A stretch of DNA of 64,000 bases from Brevundimonas sp. (lineage in GTDB: Bacteria; Pseudomonadota; Alphaproteobacteria; Caulobacterales; Caulobacteraceae). The first letter of the stretch is position 1. The number at the start of each line of letters is the position of its first letter. The notes under the pieces were generated by a model that saw only the letters and a list, made by a program, of their open reading frames with translations, had not been told where the DNA came from and searched no databases. Positions 19,538 to 28,970 of the stretch are shown in pieces. A program made the translations under genes and the position numbers. The stretch covers positions 20,991 to 84,990 of the forward strand of contig NZ_JAUXQZ010000031.1 in assembly GCF_030682035.1 (NCBI RefSeq). The letters run 5' to 3'.

Positions 19538-21370
19538 TCAGTTCTCGCGGGCCACAGGATAGAGGCGGTAGCGATCATCATAGAACGGAGTTCGCTCGTA
19601 GAACCAGCTCAGCCGCGCGTCGCCGTCAGCCGCGAATTCCGGTTCGGCGGCCAGTTTGGCCTCGAATTCGGCTTTCAGCGCGGGGTCGGCGGCCATCATG
19701 GCCTCGGCCAGCGGGGCGATGGCGTAGCCCTCGATATATTCGACCCGGCTCAGCACCTCGGGGAACAGGCCCCAGGCGAAGAAGCTCTCCGAAGACTGCG
19801 GCTCCAGCAGCAGGACGACGATGTCGCCCAGCGGCTGGTCGGTGGGCACGCGGACCGAGCCGGCGGGGAAGGTCCAGTCCCGGCGCTCGGGTGTGACGTC
19901 GGCGACGGTGACGCCGACATGACCTTCGTTGGCGCGGGTCGCCAGCTTCGGCTCGACGAGGCGCAGCATGTCGAGATTGACGGTGCGGGCAGCCGTCACG
20001 GTCTCCATCCGGACGCCGTGGAGACGCAGGCGCTCGATGATGTCGGCGCGATATGAGGGCACCCAATAGGCCTCGGGACGCGCCAGGGTCAGGGTCGGGC
20101 GCGAACCGTAGAAGGGCAGGAGCCAGGGTTCAGGATCCGGCTCGCCCAGCCAGCGGATTTCGGGGCGGCCCGAGGCGGGGCTGTCGTACATTTCGTAGCG
20201 GATGCCCTTGAAGGTCCGGGTGTAGGCCGGGGTCGGGTCGGGCGCGAAATTGGCGGGGATTTCGGCAGGCCGCAGGGCCATGTCGGCGGCGATCGCGGTG
20301 CGCAGGGCGGCGCCGTCGGCGGCCAGACGGCGCAGGGCGGCCTCCAGGAAGACATAGGTCCCCAGCACCCGCTGCTCATAGGGCTTCAGGCTGTGGTTCT
20401 CGATCAGGATGGTCGGGACATGGGCCGCCGAACCCCAGCCGTTGGAGAACCGCTCGCCCAGGCCGCCGTCGGACAGGCCGGCGCGCGGATCGGCGTCGAT
20501 GCCGAAGACCAGTTCGCCGGGGATATGGCCTTCAGCCTCAAGCGCGGCGTTGATCGCCGGCTTGAACATCACGTCCAGCCAACGGGCGATGGCGGGCGAA
20601 CGCGACCAGACGCCGTTCTCGCCGTTGTAACCGTAGGTGACGTCGTACTGGTAATCCATGCCGTCGGTGACGTGGATGTCGACGTGGAGGTCGGGCCGGT
20701 ATTTGAGGATCAGGCCGCGCACCGCGCGCATCTCGGGCTGGTCCAGTTTCAGATAGTCGCGGTTGAGGTTCTGGTTGGTCGCCGTGTTGCGCCAGCCCTG
20801 GATGCGGGGACCGCGCTGGTTGGGCCGGCTGTAGGCGGACGCCCGCTCGTGACCGTCGACCGACAGGATGGGGATGAGGATCAGATTGACCCGGTCGAGC
20901 AGGTCGTCCTTGCCGTTGAAGGCGATGTCGCGGAGCAGCATCATGCCCGCGTCCTTGCCGTCGATCTCGCCCGGGTGGATGCCGGCCTGGGCCAGCAGAA
21001 CGGGCTTGGACGGGTCGAAGGCGGCGCCGTCCTTCGAGGCGATGACGGCGTAGATCGGCCGGCCTTCGGGCGAGACGCCGAACTGTTCGATGCGGATCAG
21101 GTCCGAGGCGGCGTCCAGCCGGTCGAACCAGGCGCGGGTATCGGCATAGTTCGGGCTTTCGTCGTGTTCCGCGTCGAGCTCGAAGGCCGTGACCCACGGG
21201 TCCGAGGGGCCTCGCAGCAGGGCGCGGCTGGCGCCGTCCCAGGCCGGAGCGGGGGGCAGGAAGGGCTGGTCCCACGGGGCGGCGTCGGGCGCGGGCGGGG
21301 ACTGGGACTGGGACATTGCGGGACTCGACACGAGGACGGTGAGGGCGAAGAAGATCAGGAAGGAGCGCAT
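19538..21370 (-). CDS. Secreted M14 family zinc carboxypeptidase
   Basis: IHPGEIDG, NLNRD, DIHVTDG; signal peptide. Confidence 0.92.
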   Translation of the reverse strand: MRSFLIFFALTVLVSSPAMSQSQSPPAPDAAPWDQPFLPPAPAWDGASRALLRGPSDPWVTAFELDAEHDESPNYADTRAWFDRLDAASDLIRIEQFGVSPEGRPIYAVIASKDGAAFDPSKPVLLAQAGIHPGEIDGKDAGMMLLRDIAFNGKDDLLDRVNLILIPILSVDGHERASAYSRPNQRGPRIQGWRNTATNQNLNRDYLKLDQPEMRAVRGLILKYRPDLHVDIHVTDGMDYQYDVTYGYNGENGVWSRSPAIARWLDVMFKPAINAALEAEGHIPGELVFGIDADPRAGLSDGGLGERFSNGWGSAAHVPTILIENHSLKPYEQRVLGTYVFLEAALRRLAADGAALRTAIAADMALRPAEIPANFAPDPTPAYTRTFKGIRYEMYDSPASGRPEIRWLGEPDPEPWLLPFYGSRPTLTLARPEAYWVPSYRADIIERLRLHGVRMETVTAARTVNLDMLRLVEPKLATRANEGHVGVTVADVTPERRDWTFPAGSVRVPTDQPLGDIVVLLLEPQSSESFFAWGLFPEVLSRVEYIEGYAIAPLAEAMMAADPALKAEFEAKLAAEPEFAADGDARLSWFYERTPFYDDRYRLYPVAREN

Positions 21371-21428
21371 CGGGGAGTCCTCGGCCTTTCGTCGTCCGGA
21401 TTCAAGCGCGCGCCCGGGGTGGGGCCGA

Positions 21429-21977
21429 TCAGCCGACGAAGGCCTGCGCAGCGTCTGTCGAAAGATGCGCCAGCAGCAGGACCAGATTGACGCGCCGGTT
21501 CTTGATCAGCATCAGGGCGATCAGCACGGCGAAGAACAGAACGAGCAGCGCCGTCGTGGTCAGATCGAACGCTCTTTGGTCCACCGTCATCACGCGCCAG
21601 ATCACCCCCACCGCATTGCTGAAAAGGACGCCGCCGAGGACCAGCCGTTTGTGGCTGTCGTAATAGTCGTCCAGCGACGGCCACTCGGACGAATCCTTTG
21701 GAAACACCAGGGCCGCCGACAGGAAATACACGAGCGTCATCCCCAGCCCGAGGTAGATCGTGCCGTAGCTGATGGTCACGTCTTGAAAGTTGTTCCAGCC
21801 AATCACCCAGAAACTACAGATGTCCAGCAGCACCAGCAGGGCCAGAAGGGGCGTCAACCAGCCGAGCGGCACCACCTTGCGCGCCTGCAGAACATTGGCC
21901 AGGCCCGACGCCACCGTCACGAGGGCCAGCCCCATGACCAGGCTGAAGAAGCCGAAGAAGAACTCGAACGCCGTCAT
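21429..21977 (-). CDS. Multi-pass membrane protein of unknown function (paralog 2)
   Basis: Starts MTAFEFFFGFFSLVMGL; 5-6 hydrophobic segments; ATGA overlap with upstream paralog. Confidence 0.8.
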   Translation of the reverse strand: MTAFEFFFGFFSLVMGLALVTVASGLANVLQARKVVPLGWLTPLLALLVLLDICSFWVIGWNNFQDVTISYGTIYLGLGMTLVYFLSAALVFPKDSSEWPSLDDYYDSHKRLVLGGVLFSNAVGVIWRVMTVDQRAFDLTTTALLVLFFAVLIALMLIKNRRVNLVLLLAHLSTDAAQAFVG

Positions 21978-22564
21978 GCCGTCGGACCCATGATGCGGGT
22001 CAAACCACCGATCACGGCGACGAAGAACTGGGCGAGCAGGAGAACGCCGAGAAGCCACCGGTTCGCCCGCCGCGACCGGACCGCGAAGATCAGGCCCAGC
22101 ATGCCGAAGAAGAATATCAGCAGCGCCGCGCTCGGCAGCAGGTCCGGCGCGCCCGCCCCTGCGGCCACCGCCCGGCCGAGGCTGTAGCCGACGGCGATGA
22201 CGTTGGCGACAACCATGCCGCCGACGACCCAGCGCTTGTGGCCGTCATAGTAGTCGTCGAGGTCGGTCCATTCGCCGAGATCGGCGGGGAAGACGACGCT
22301 GGCGGCGAGATAATAGGCCAGCGCGATCCCCAGCCCGAAGAACAGCGCCAGTTCGTTGATCTGAAAGTCCCGGAAATTCAGCCAGGCCAGAACCCAGAAG
22401 CTGGAAATATCCAGCATCACCACGACGCCGAGCAGGGGCGTCAGCCAGCCGATCCGGAGGCGGCGCCGCGATCTCAACGTGCGCGAAAACCCCTGCGCTA
22501 CCTCCGCCACCGACAGGCCGAGCAGCAGGCCGTAGAAGCTGAAGAAGAATTCGAAATCGCTCAA
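21974..22564 (-). CDS. Multi-pass membrane protein of unknown function (paralog 1)
   Basis: TTG start after GGGGAGGGG; shares GWLTPLL, LDIxSFWV, VFP and LDDYYDxHKR with the downstream gene. Confidence 0.8.
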   Translation of the reverse strand: MSDFEFFFSFYGLLLGLSVAEVAQGFSRTLRSRRRLRIGWLTPLLGVVVMLDISSFWVLAWLNFRDFQINELALFFGLGIALAYYLAASVVFPADLGEWTDLDDYYDGHKRWVVGGMVVANVIAVGYSLGRAVAAGAGAPDLLPSAALLIFFFGMLGLIFAVRSRRANRWLLGVLLLAQFFVAVIGGLTRIMGPTA

Positions 22565-22642
22565 ACCGGCCCCTCCCCGAGCGCGATTAACGAGTCAGCC
22601 TATTGCTGGATCGGCGTTTCGTCACGCGCAATCGGCGCCGGC

Positions 22643-22958
22643 TCAGTCGTCGAACATCTCGCGCAGGGTGGCCAACACGGCCGTCAGCACACCTTGGGAG
22701 CGGCGTCCCCGATGCGACGACCCAGACGGGCGTGAACGATGGCGCGCACCTGATCGGCCGCCGCCGCTCCAGGCTTGCCAGTTACCGACGTGGAAACGCG
22801 GAAGCGCCGCTTCTCGCTGCTGGTAAGCGGCACGATCACAGAGCTCCCGTGCCGGTTCAACTGGTCCGGCGATACGACGAGACAAGGTCTGGTCTTGCGG
22901 ATCTCGGCCCGACGGTCGGATCCAGACTCACCCACCAGACTTCACCCCACCGTACCAT
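22643..22958 (-). pseudogene. PemK/MazF family toxin with two apparent 1-bp deletions
   Basis: Three frames read MVRWGEVWWVSLDPTVG, then AEIRKTRPCLVVSPDQLN...DQVRAI...RLGRRIG, then VLTAVLATLREMFDD. Confidence 0.8.
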
Positions 22959-23286
22959 TCAGGGCTTGACCACGCCGCTGGCGAACAGCTCCGCGTCGAC
23001 GCGCGCCATGTCATCCTCCGTCAGCGCATCCCATTCGTCGTCCGGGTCGTTGGTCAGGTCCGCGTCCAGCCATTGGCGTTCTTCCTCGGTCAGGCCGGCC
23101 GCAGCGATTGGCCTGGCGTCTTCTTCCCACCCTTCGCGGACCTTTCGCCGCGCGGGGACGATGCTGATTTTCCCGGCTCATAGACGAACTCGACGGCGCC
23201 GCCTTCCTGCACGCCAAGGGCCGCGAGGGCGGGCTTGGGCAGGATCACGCCGCCGAATTGCCGATCTTCCTGATCGCGGACGTCAT
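22959..23286 (-). pseudogene. AbrB/MazE family antitoxin with two apparent 1-bp deletions
   Basis: Three frames read MTSAIRKIGNS, then GVILPKPALAALGVQEG...EPGK, then ISIVPARRKVREGWEEDA with an acidic tail; its stop abuts the toxin ATG. Confidence 0.8.
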
Positions 23287-23296
23287 GGCCGTTCTC

Positions 23297-23316
23297 CGTT
23301 GCAACGAAGTTATAAC
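23297..23316. promoter_or_regulatory. Tandem palindromes, probable operator of the mazEF-like pair
   Basis: CGTTGCAACG (23297-23306) and GTTATAAC (23309-23316) lie just upstream of the antitoxin ATG. Confidence 0.6.
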
Positions 23317-24857
23317 GCGGTCCCCGATTTCCAGATCGGCGCGCCGTCGCCCGGCAGGCCCAGCCGGTCCCAAATCGCCGACACCCGCTGGACCACGGCC
23401 TCGTCCATGCGAATCTCCTCGCCCCATTCGCGCTTCGTCTCGGGCGGCCATTTGTCGGTGGCGTCGAGGCCGATCTTGGAGCCGAGGCCGCTCTCCGGGG
23501 ACGCGAAGTCGAGGTAGTCGATCGGGGTATTCTCGATGACGGTGATATCGCGCGCCGGATCCATCTTGGTGGAGATGGCCCACATGACCTGTTTCCAGTC
23601 GCGGGCGTCGATGTCGTCGTCCACGACGATCACCCACTTGGTGTACATGAACTGGCGCAGATAGCTCCAGACGCCCAGCATCACCCGCTTGGCGTGGCCG
23701 GGGTAGGCCTTCTTCATCGACACTACGGCGATGCGATAGCTGCAGCCCTCGGGCGGCAGCCAGAAGTCGGTAATCTCGGGGAACTGGGCCCGCAGCAGGG
23801 GGATGAAGACCTCGTTCAGCGCTTCGCCCAGCACCGAGGGCTCGTCCGGCGGGCGGCCGGTGAAGGTGGTCAGATAGATGGGGTCCTTCCGCATGGTGAT
23901 GGCGGTGACCTGGAAGACCGGGAAGGTCTCGACCGAGTTGTAGTAGCCGGTGTGGTCGCCGTAGGGGCCCTCGGGCGCGTGCTCGTCGAACAGGACGTGG
24001 CCTTCCAGCACGATCTCGGCATGGGCGGGGACCATCAGCGGGATGGTCCTGCACGGGACCAGTTCGACCTTCTGGCCGCGCAGCAGGCCGGCGAACTGGT
24101 ATTCCGACAGGGTGTCCGGCACGGGCGTCACCGCGGCCAGGATGGTGCCCGGATCGGCCCCGAGCACGACGGCGCAGGGCAGGGGGCCCTTCTTGCCCGC
24201 CTTCTTGTGCCGGGCGTAGTGCTGGGCCCCGCCGCGGTGGGCCAGCCAGCGCATGATGGCCCTGTCCTTGCCCAGCACCTGCATGCGGTAGATGCCGAGG
24301 TTGAAGTCGTCCTCGCGGTCGTCGGAGGGGCCTTTGGTGACGACCAGACCCCAGGTGATCAGCGGCGCGGGCTCGCCGGGCCAGCAACCCTGGACGGGCA
24401 GGGACGTCAGGTCGATCTGGTCGCCCTTCAGCACCATCTGCTGCACGGGGGCAGTCTTCTTCACCACCTTCGGCCGCATCGACATGACCGTCTGGGCCAG
24501 CGGCAGCATCTCCATCGCGTCCGACAGGCCGCGCGGCGGGGTCGGGTTGCGCAGGAAGGCCAGCAGCTCGCCGACCTCGCGCAGCTCGGCGGCGGTGGTG
24601 CGCATCTTCTTGTCCATCGTCACGCCCATAGCGACGCGCTTCACCGTGCCGAACAGATTGGCGAGGCAGGGGATCGGGCTGATCGAGCCGTCGGGCATGA
24701 CGGGCTTTTCGAACAGCACCGCCGGACCGCCGTTGCGCAGCAGCCGGGTCTGGATCTCGGTCATCTCGAGGTGGGTCGAGACGGGCTCGGAGACGCGGAC
24801 CAGTTCGCCCTCGGCCTCCAGCATGGCCATGAAGTCGCGCAGGGATTTATAGGCCAA
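23310..24857 (-). CDS. ubiD: UbiD family decarboxylase
   Basis: [40 protein letters not shown]. Confidence 0.96.
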   Translation of the reverse strand: MAYKSLRDFMAMLEAEGELVRVSEPVSTHLEMTEIQTRLLRNGGPAVLFEKPVMPDGSISPIPCLANLFGTVKRVAMGVTMDKKMRTTAAELREVGELLAFLRNPTPPRGLSDAMEMLPLAQTVMSMRPKVVKKTAPVQQMVLKGDQIDLTSLPVQGCWPGEPAPLITWGLVVTKGPSDDREDDFNLGIYRMQVLGKDRAIMRWLAHRGGAQHYARHKKAGKKGPLPCAVVLGADPGTILAAVTPVPDTLSEYQFAGLLRGQKVELVPCRTIPLMVPAHAEIVLEGHVLFDEHAPEGPYGDHTGYYNSVETFPVFQVTAITMRKDPIYLTTFTGRPPDEPSVLGEALNEVFIPLLRAQFPEITDFWLPPEGCSYRIAVVSMKKAYPGHAKRVMLGVWSYLRQFMYTKWVIVVDDDIDARDWKQVMWAISTKMDPARDITVIENTPIDYLDFASPESGLGSKIGLDATDKWPPETKREWGEEIRMDEAVVQRVSAIWDRLGLPGDGAPIWKSGTAL

Positions 24858-24943
24858 TGAACCGCTCCGGTGGAGCGGATGGATTAGGCGGACGTGGGCC
24901 TTCTGTCACCCGCGACCTTGCCGCACGGGGCCAAGTGGACTAA

Positions 24944-24953
24944 GTTAGCTAAC
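24944..24953. promoter_or_regulatory. Palindrome GTTAGCTAAC abutting the antitoxin ATG, probable operator
   Basis: Perfect 10-bp palindrome; upstream TTGCCG...CTAAGT resembles a promoter for a leaderless transcript. Confidence 0.5.
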
Positions 24954-25226
24954 ATGCGCCAGGTCAATATCCACGAAGCCAAGACCAAGCTCTCCGAGCT
25001 GATCGCCGCCGTCGAGGCTGGCGAGGAGGTCGTGATCGCGCGCGCGGGCAAGCGGGTGGTGCGTCTGGTGCGCGAGACGCCGGAGCGAAAGGTCTACCGG
25101 GAACCCGGCGCGCTCAAGGGTCAGTTGATCTGGGACGAGAAGGCGTGGCGCGAAGGCGACGCGGAAATTCTGGAAATGTTCGAAGCTTCGGCCAACGCGC
25201 CTCTGTCCCCTGAGGACAAGCCTTGA
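24954..25226 (+). CDS. Phd/YefM family antitoxin
   Basis: VNIHEAKTKLSELI...GEEVVIAR. Confidence 0.92.
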   Translation: MRQVNIHEAKTKLSELIAAVEAGEEVVIARAGKRVVRLVRETPERKVYREPGALKGQLIWDEKAWREGDAEILEMFEASANAPLSPEDKP

Positions 25227-25606
25227 GGCCCTACTGGCTGGACAGCAATATTCTGCTCTGGTGGCTGATCGACGACGAGCGGCTGAAGAAGCAGGGAGTC
25301 CGGGATCGCCTGCGGTACGCCCGCCGGGTAATGGTCAGCGTCGTCTCGCCATGGGAACTCTGGATCAAACAGGCGACCGGCAAGCTGAACCGCCCGTTTG
25401 AGTTCGACGAACAGGTCGTTGCGGCGTGGGGGCTCGAGCTCGTTTCGCCGACCCTGGCCGACGCGCAACTCGCGACACGACTGCCGTTGCTCCACCGTGA
25501 TCCTTTTGATCGAATGATCGTCGCCCAATCGATCAACCGGCAGGCGACGCTGATCACCAGCGACGAGCAACTGACCCACTACGGCGCCGACGTGGTGCTC
25601 CTCTGA
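25223..25606 (+). CDS. VapC family PIN-domain toxin
   Basis: LDSNILLWW, SxVSxWE, HRDPFDRMIVAQ, LITSD; TTGA overlap with the antitoxin. Confidence 0.92.
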   Translation: MRPYWLDSNILLWWLIDDERLKKQGVRDRLRYARRVMVSVVSPWELWIKQATGKLNRPFEFDEQVVAAWGLELVSPTLADAQLATRLPLLHRDPFDRMIVAQSINRQATLITSDEQLTHYGADVVLL

Positions 25607-25689
25607 TCTGAAGCGACGGGTTCAGTAGGTCCGCACATTCGACCCTGGCGCCACAGCGGCAGGTGCACGGCGCGGGCAGCCGCCGCGCT

Positions 25690-26541
25690 TCAAGTCCATT
25701 CCGGGTCCCATTTGAACGCGGGATCAATCCAGTCGCCCAGTCGGCCCTCAGGTCGGGCGAGGGCGTGGATGCGGTCCATCTCCTCGGCCGACAGTTCGAA
25801 ATCGAAGATGTCGAAACTCTCCTCGGCCCGGCTGATCTTGGAGGTGCGGGGGATGGCGATGACGTTCTGCTGGATCAGCCAGCGCAGGGTCACCTGTCCG
25901 GCCGACTTGCCGTGGGCGCGGCCGATCTCGTTCAGGGTGGCGTCGTCGGCGATCTTGCCCTGGGCCAGCGGCGACCAGGCGGTGATCGACGAGCCTAGAT
26001 CTTTCGCCGTTTCGACCAGCTGCGTCAGCTTGAGGTAGGGGTGGTATTCGACCTGGTTGGTGACCAGCCGGGCCTTTGACAGGCTCTGGGCCCGGCGGAA
26101 TTCGGCCGACGGGAAGTTGGACAGGCCGATGGTCCGGGTCAGGCCCTGCGCCTGCGCCTCATTCAGCGCCCCGAGGGTTTCCTCGAACGACGGCTCGGTC
26201 TTGGGCCAATGCAGCAGCAGCAGATCGGGGGTGAAGCCGAGGCTGGCCGCGCTCTCGCGCGCCTGTTTCAACAGGCCCTCGCGGTCGAAATGGGCGACCC
26301 AGATCTTGGTGGTCAGCCAGATGTCCTCGCGGGCGACATGGCTGGCGGCGATGGCGTCGCGGATGCCGTCTCCGACAGCCGCCTCATTGTGATAGATCCA
26401 GGCGGTGTCGATGTGGCGATAGCCGATGCGCAGGGCCTCGGCCACCATGGTCCGGGCGACCTCGGGCGTCAGGTTCCAGGTGCCGAACCCCAGCAGGGGA
26501 ATGGCGTGGCCGTCGATGGTGATGGCGGGCTGGTCGGTCAT
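25690..26541 (-). CDS. Aldo/keto reductase
   Basis: GYRHIDTA, LLHWP, IGLSNF, NQVEYHP, IPRT. Confidence 0.95.
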   Translation of the reverse strand: MTDQPAITIDGHAIPLLGFGTWNLTPEVARTMVAEALRIGYRHIDTAWIYHNEAAVGDGIRDAIAASHVAREDIWLTTKIWVAHFDREGLLKQARESAASLGFTPDLLLLHWPKTEPSFEETLGALNEAQAQGLTRTIGLSNFPSAEFRRAQSLSKARLVTNQVEYHPYLKLTQLVETAKDLGSSITAWSPLAQGKIADDATLNEIGRAHGKSAGQVTLRWLIQQNVIAIPRTSKISRAEESFDIFDFELSAEEMDRIHALARPEGRLGDWIDPAFKWDPEWT

Positions 26542-26672
26542 GGGAGGCTCCGGAGGGGAAGGCGCTTACCTATGCCGCTGCGGACCGCGATCAAGGCGCG
26601 AGCGTGAAAGCCTTGGACGATCCGCGCGGTTCCGCTAAAGCCGCTGCCGTTCCTCCCGCTTCGAGCCTCGCC

Positions 26673-26912
26673 ATGACCGACGTCCTTCCCGACCGCCTCT
26701 GTGTCGATCCCGACAGCCCGTTCCATGACGCCGACCTGCTGGCCAAGGGGATCGGCGTACGCTTCAAGGGCGAGGAAAAGACCAATGTCGAGGAATACTG
26801 CATCTCCGAGGCCTGGGTCCGCCTGGCCGTCGGCAACCGCGTCGATCGCCGCGGCAAGGCCCTGACGGTCAAGCTGCAGGGTCCGGTCGAGGCCTGGGTC
26901 AAGGGCGAGTAG
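26673..26912 (+). CDS. DUF3297 family protein
   Basis: LPDRL, GVRFKGEEKTNVEEYCISE, KLQGPVE. Confidence 0.85.
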   Translation: MTDVLPDRLCVDPDSPFHDADLLAKGIGVRFKGEEKTNVEEYCISEAWVRLAVGNRVDRRGKALTVKLQGPVEAWVKGE

Positions 26913-27018
26913 GTCCGCGCGCCCTTATGGGGCGTTCGAAAAAACTCTGACGCGGACCGCTTGTCCGCTTCCCTCGCAAGGTTCAGGTTCCGGCTCCCCC
27001 TCGAGTCCCGGAGCCGTC

Positions 27019-28449
27019 ATGCGTCTGTCCGTTCGTCTTCTCGCCGCCAGCGCCCTGGCCCTGACCCTCGCCGCGGCGCCCGCCGTGGCCCAGGACGCCG
27101 CCACCATCCAGCGGGCGGAAACGATTCGCGATGCGGCGCTGAACCAGAACATCGCCCTCGACTATGTCACCCAGCTGACCACCCGGTTCGGCGCGCGGCC
27201 GGCGGGGTCGAAGGCCGAGCAGGACGCCTCGGCCTGGGCGGCCGACTATATGCGGGCCCAAGGCTTCCAGAACGTGCGCATCGAACAGTTCCCGCTGGTC
27301 GGCTGGGAGCGGGGCGAGGAGAGCGGCTCGATCATCGGCGCCCGGCCGCAGCGGCTGGTCCTCGCCGCCCTCGGTCATTCGCCCGGCACCAACGGCGTCA
27401 TCGAGGCCGAGGTGGTGCGGTTCGACAGCCTTGAGGCGCTGAACGCCGCCCCGGCCGGGTCGCTGGCGGGCAAGATCGCCTATGTCGACGCCGGCCAGAT
27501 GGTGCGGATGCAGGACGGTTCGGGCTACGGCCCGCTGACGCGGATCCGGGGCGCGGGACCGGGCGCGGCGGCGGCCAAGGGGGCGGTGGCCTTCATCATG
27601 CGCTCGGCCGGTTCGGACGATCACCGCATGCCGCACACCGGCACCACCCGCTATGTCGATGGCGTCGTGCCCCTGCCGGGCTTCGCCCTGGCGGCGCCGG
27701 ACGCCGACACGGTCTCGCGCCTGATCGCCATGGGCGAGACGGTGCGCATCCGTCTGTCCTCGACCGCCCACACCTATCAGACGGTCAGCCAGAATGTGAT
27801 CGGCGACATTCCCGGCCGCTCGCGGCCCGAGGAGATCATCGTCCTGGGCTCGCACATGGACAGCTGGGACCTGGGCACGGGCGCGATCGATGACGGCGCC
27901 GGCGGGGCCATCACCCTGGCGGCGGCCAAGGCCATCCGCGACAGCGGCCGCCGCCCGGCGCGGACCGTCCGGGTCGTTCTGTACGGCTCGGAAGAGGTGG
28001 CCCAGCCCACCGACACCGGCAACGGCGGCGGCGCCTATCTGCGCGGCATCGGGACGGCGGTGGAGCAGCACATTATCGCCGGCGAGAGCGATTTCGGCGC
28101 CGACCGGGTCTATGCCCTAGGCCTGCCGCCCGGCGCGCAGGGGTCGGAGTTCGCTCGGGCCGCGGCGCGGGTGATGTATCCGATCGGCGTCCTGTCCTCG
28201 AACCAGCCGGAACTTCACGGCGGCGCTGATATCGGACCGCTGGCGGGTGCCGGCGTGCCGGTGTTCGGTCTGAACCAGGACGGGACCCGCTATTTCGACC
28301 TGCACCACACCGCCGACGACACCGTGGACAAGATCGATCCGGCGCAGATGAGCCAGAACGTGGCGGCGTGGGCGGCGCTGGTGTGGCTGATCGCGGATTC
28401 AGAGGTGGACTTCCGGGCAATGCGGCCGGTGGCGGAAGCGGCGCACTGA
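27019..28449 (+). CDS. Secreted M28 family peptidase (carboxypeptidase Q-like)
   Basis: HMDSWDLGTGAIDDG, SEE, ESDFG, HHT; signal peptide. Confidence 0.92.
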   Translation: MRLSVRLLAASALALTLAAAPAVAQDAATIQRAETIRDAALNQNIALDYVTQLTTRFGARPAGSKAEQDASAWAADYMRAQGFQNVRIEQFPLVGWERGEESGSIIGARPQRLVLAALGHSPGTNGVIEAEVVRFDSLEALNAAPAGSLAGKIAYVDAGQMVRMQDGSGYGPLTRIRGAGPGAAAAKGAVAFIMRSAGSDDHRMPHTGTTRYVDGVVPLPGFALAAPDADTVSRLIAMGETVRIRLSSTAHTYQTVSQNVIGDIPGRSRPEEIIVLGSHMDSWDLGTGAIDDGAGGAITLAAAKAIRDSGRRPARTVRVVLYGSEEVAQPTDTGNGGGAYLRGIGTAVEQHIIAGESDFGADRVYALGLPPGAQGSEFARAAARVMYPIGVLSSNQPELHGGADIGPLAGAGVPVFGLNQDGTRYFDLHHTADDTVDKIDPAQMSQNVAAWAALVWLIADSEVDFRAMRPVAEAAH

Positions 28450-28494
28450 TCGCATGGCCGAAGAGGCCGGGCGCTGCTAGATCACGCCGCAGCC

Positions 28495-28579
28495 GCGAGC
28501 GTGGCGAAACTGGTAGACGCAAGGGACTTAAAATCCCTCGACTTCGGTCATGCGGGTTCGACCCCCGCCGCTCGCACCA
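28495..28579 (+). tRNA. tRNA-Leu(TAA)
   Basis: GCGAGCG/CGCTCGC acceptor stem, anticodon loop CTTAAAA, long variable arm, GTTCGA T-loop, encoded CCA. Confidence 0.97.
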
Positions 28580-28593
28580 CGGCCTCAACAGCA

Positions 28594-28625
28594 CCGCTCG
28601 TCCCCACGAACGCGGGGATGAGCGG
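28594..28625. terminator. Hairpin between the convergent tRNA and DUF3606 gene
   Basis: CCGCTCGTCCCC...GGGGATGAGCGG stem; no clear U-tract. Confidence 0.5.
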
Positions 28626-28636
28626 ACGGGACGTGC

Positions 28637-28819
28637 CTACCGCTTCTTGCCCAGTTCGGCGGCGATGTCCTTGATCATACGGCCGGCCTTGCGGTGGGCG
28701 GCGGCAAGCTGGTCGCGGGTCACGCCCCAGCGCTTCATCCAGTGTTCAACGGCCTGGCGTTCGGACATGTCCAGCCGGTCCCGGTCGATGAAGCCGCGCT
28801 TGTCTTTCAGGCCTGCCAT
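28637..28819 (-). CDS. DUF3606 family protein
   Basis: DRDRLDMSE, VEHWMKRWGVT, LAAA pattern; GGAG RBS. Confidence 0.8.
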   Translation of the reverse strand: MAGLKDKRGFIDRDRLDMSERQAVEHWMKRWGVTRDQLAAAHRKAGRMIKDIAAELGKKR

Positions 28820-28970
28820 GGTCCGCTCCGTTGCTCGGCGTGAGGTAGCGCGAAAAGCGGTCCTGCGCGACCGCTCGCCATAACTTCGTGTTTCTCCCAC
28901 CGAACCGGACTCAACCGGGCGCGCTTTCATGGCAGAAGAGGGAATCGCCCTCCCGCCCTATGGATATTCG

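Noticed and set aside
21298-21315. GGGACT short tandem repeat
   Set aside because: Encodes the SQSQS linker after the M14 signal peptide; ordinary low complexity.
28495-28970. tRNA-Leu as a possible island integration site
   Set aside because: No integrase and no duplicated tRNA 3' end seen in the window; flanks look native.
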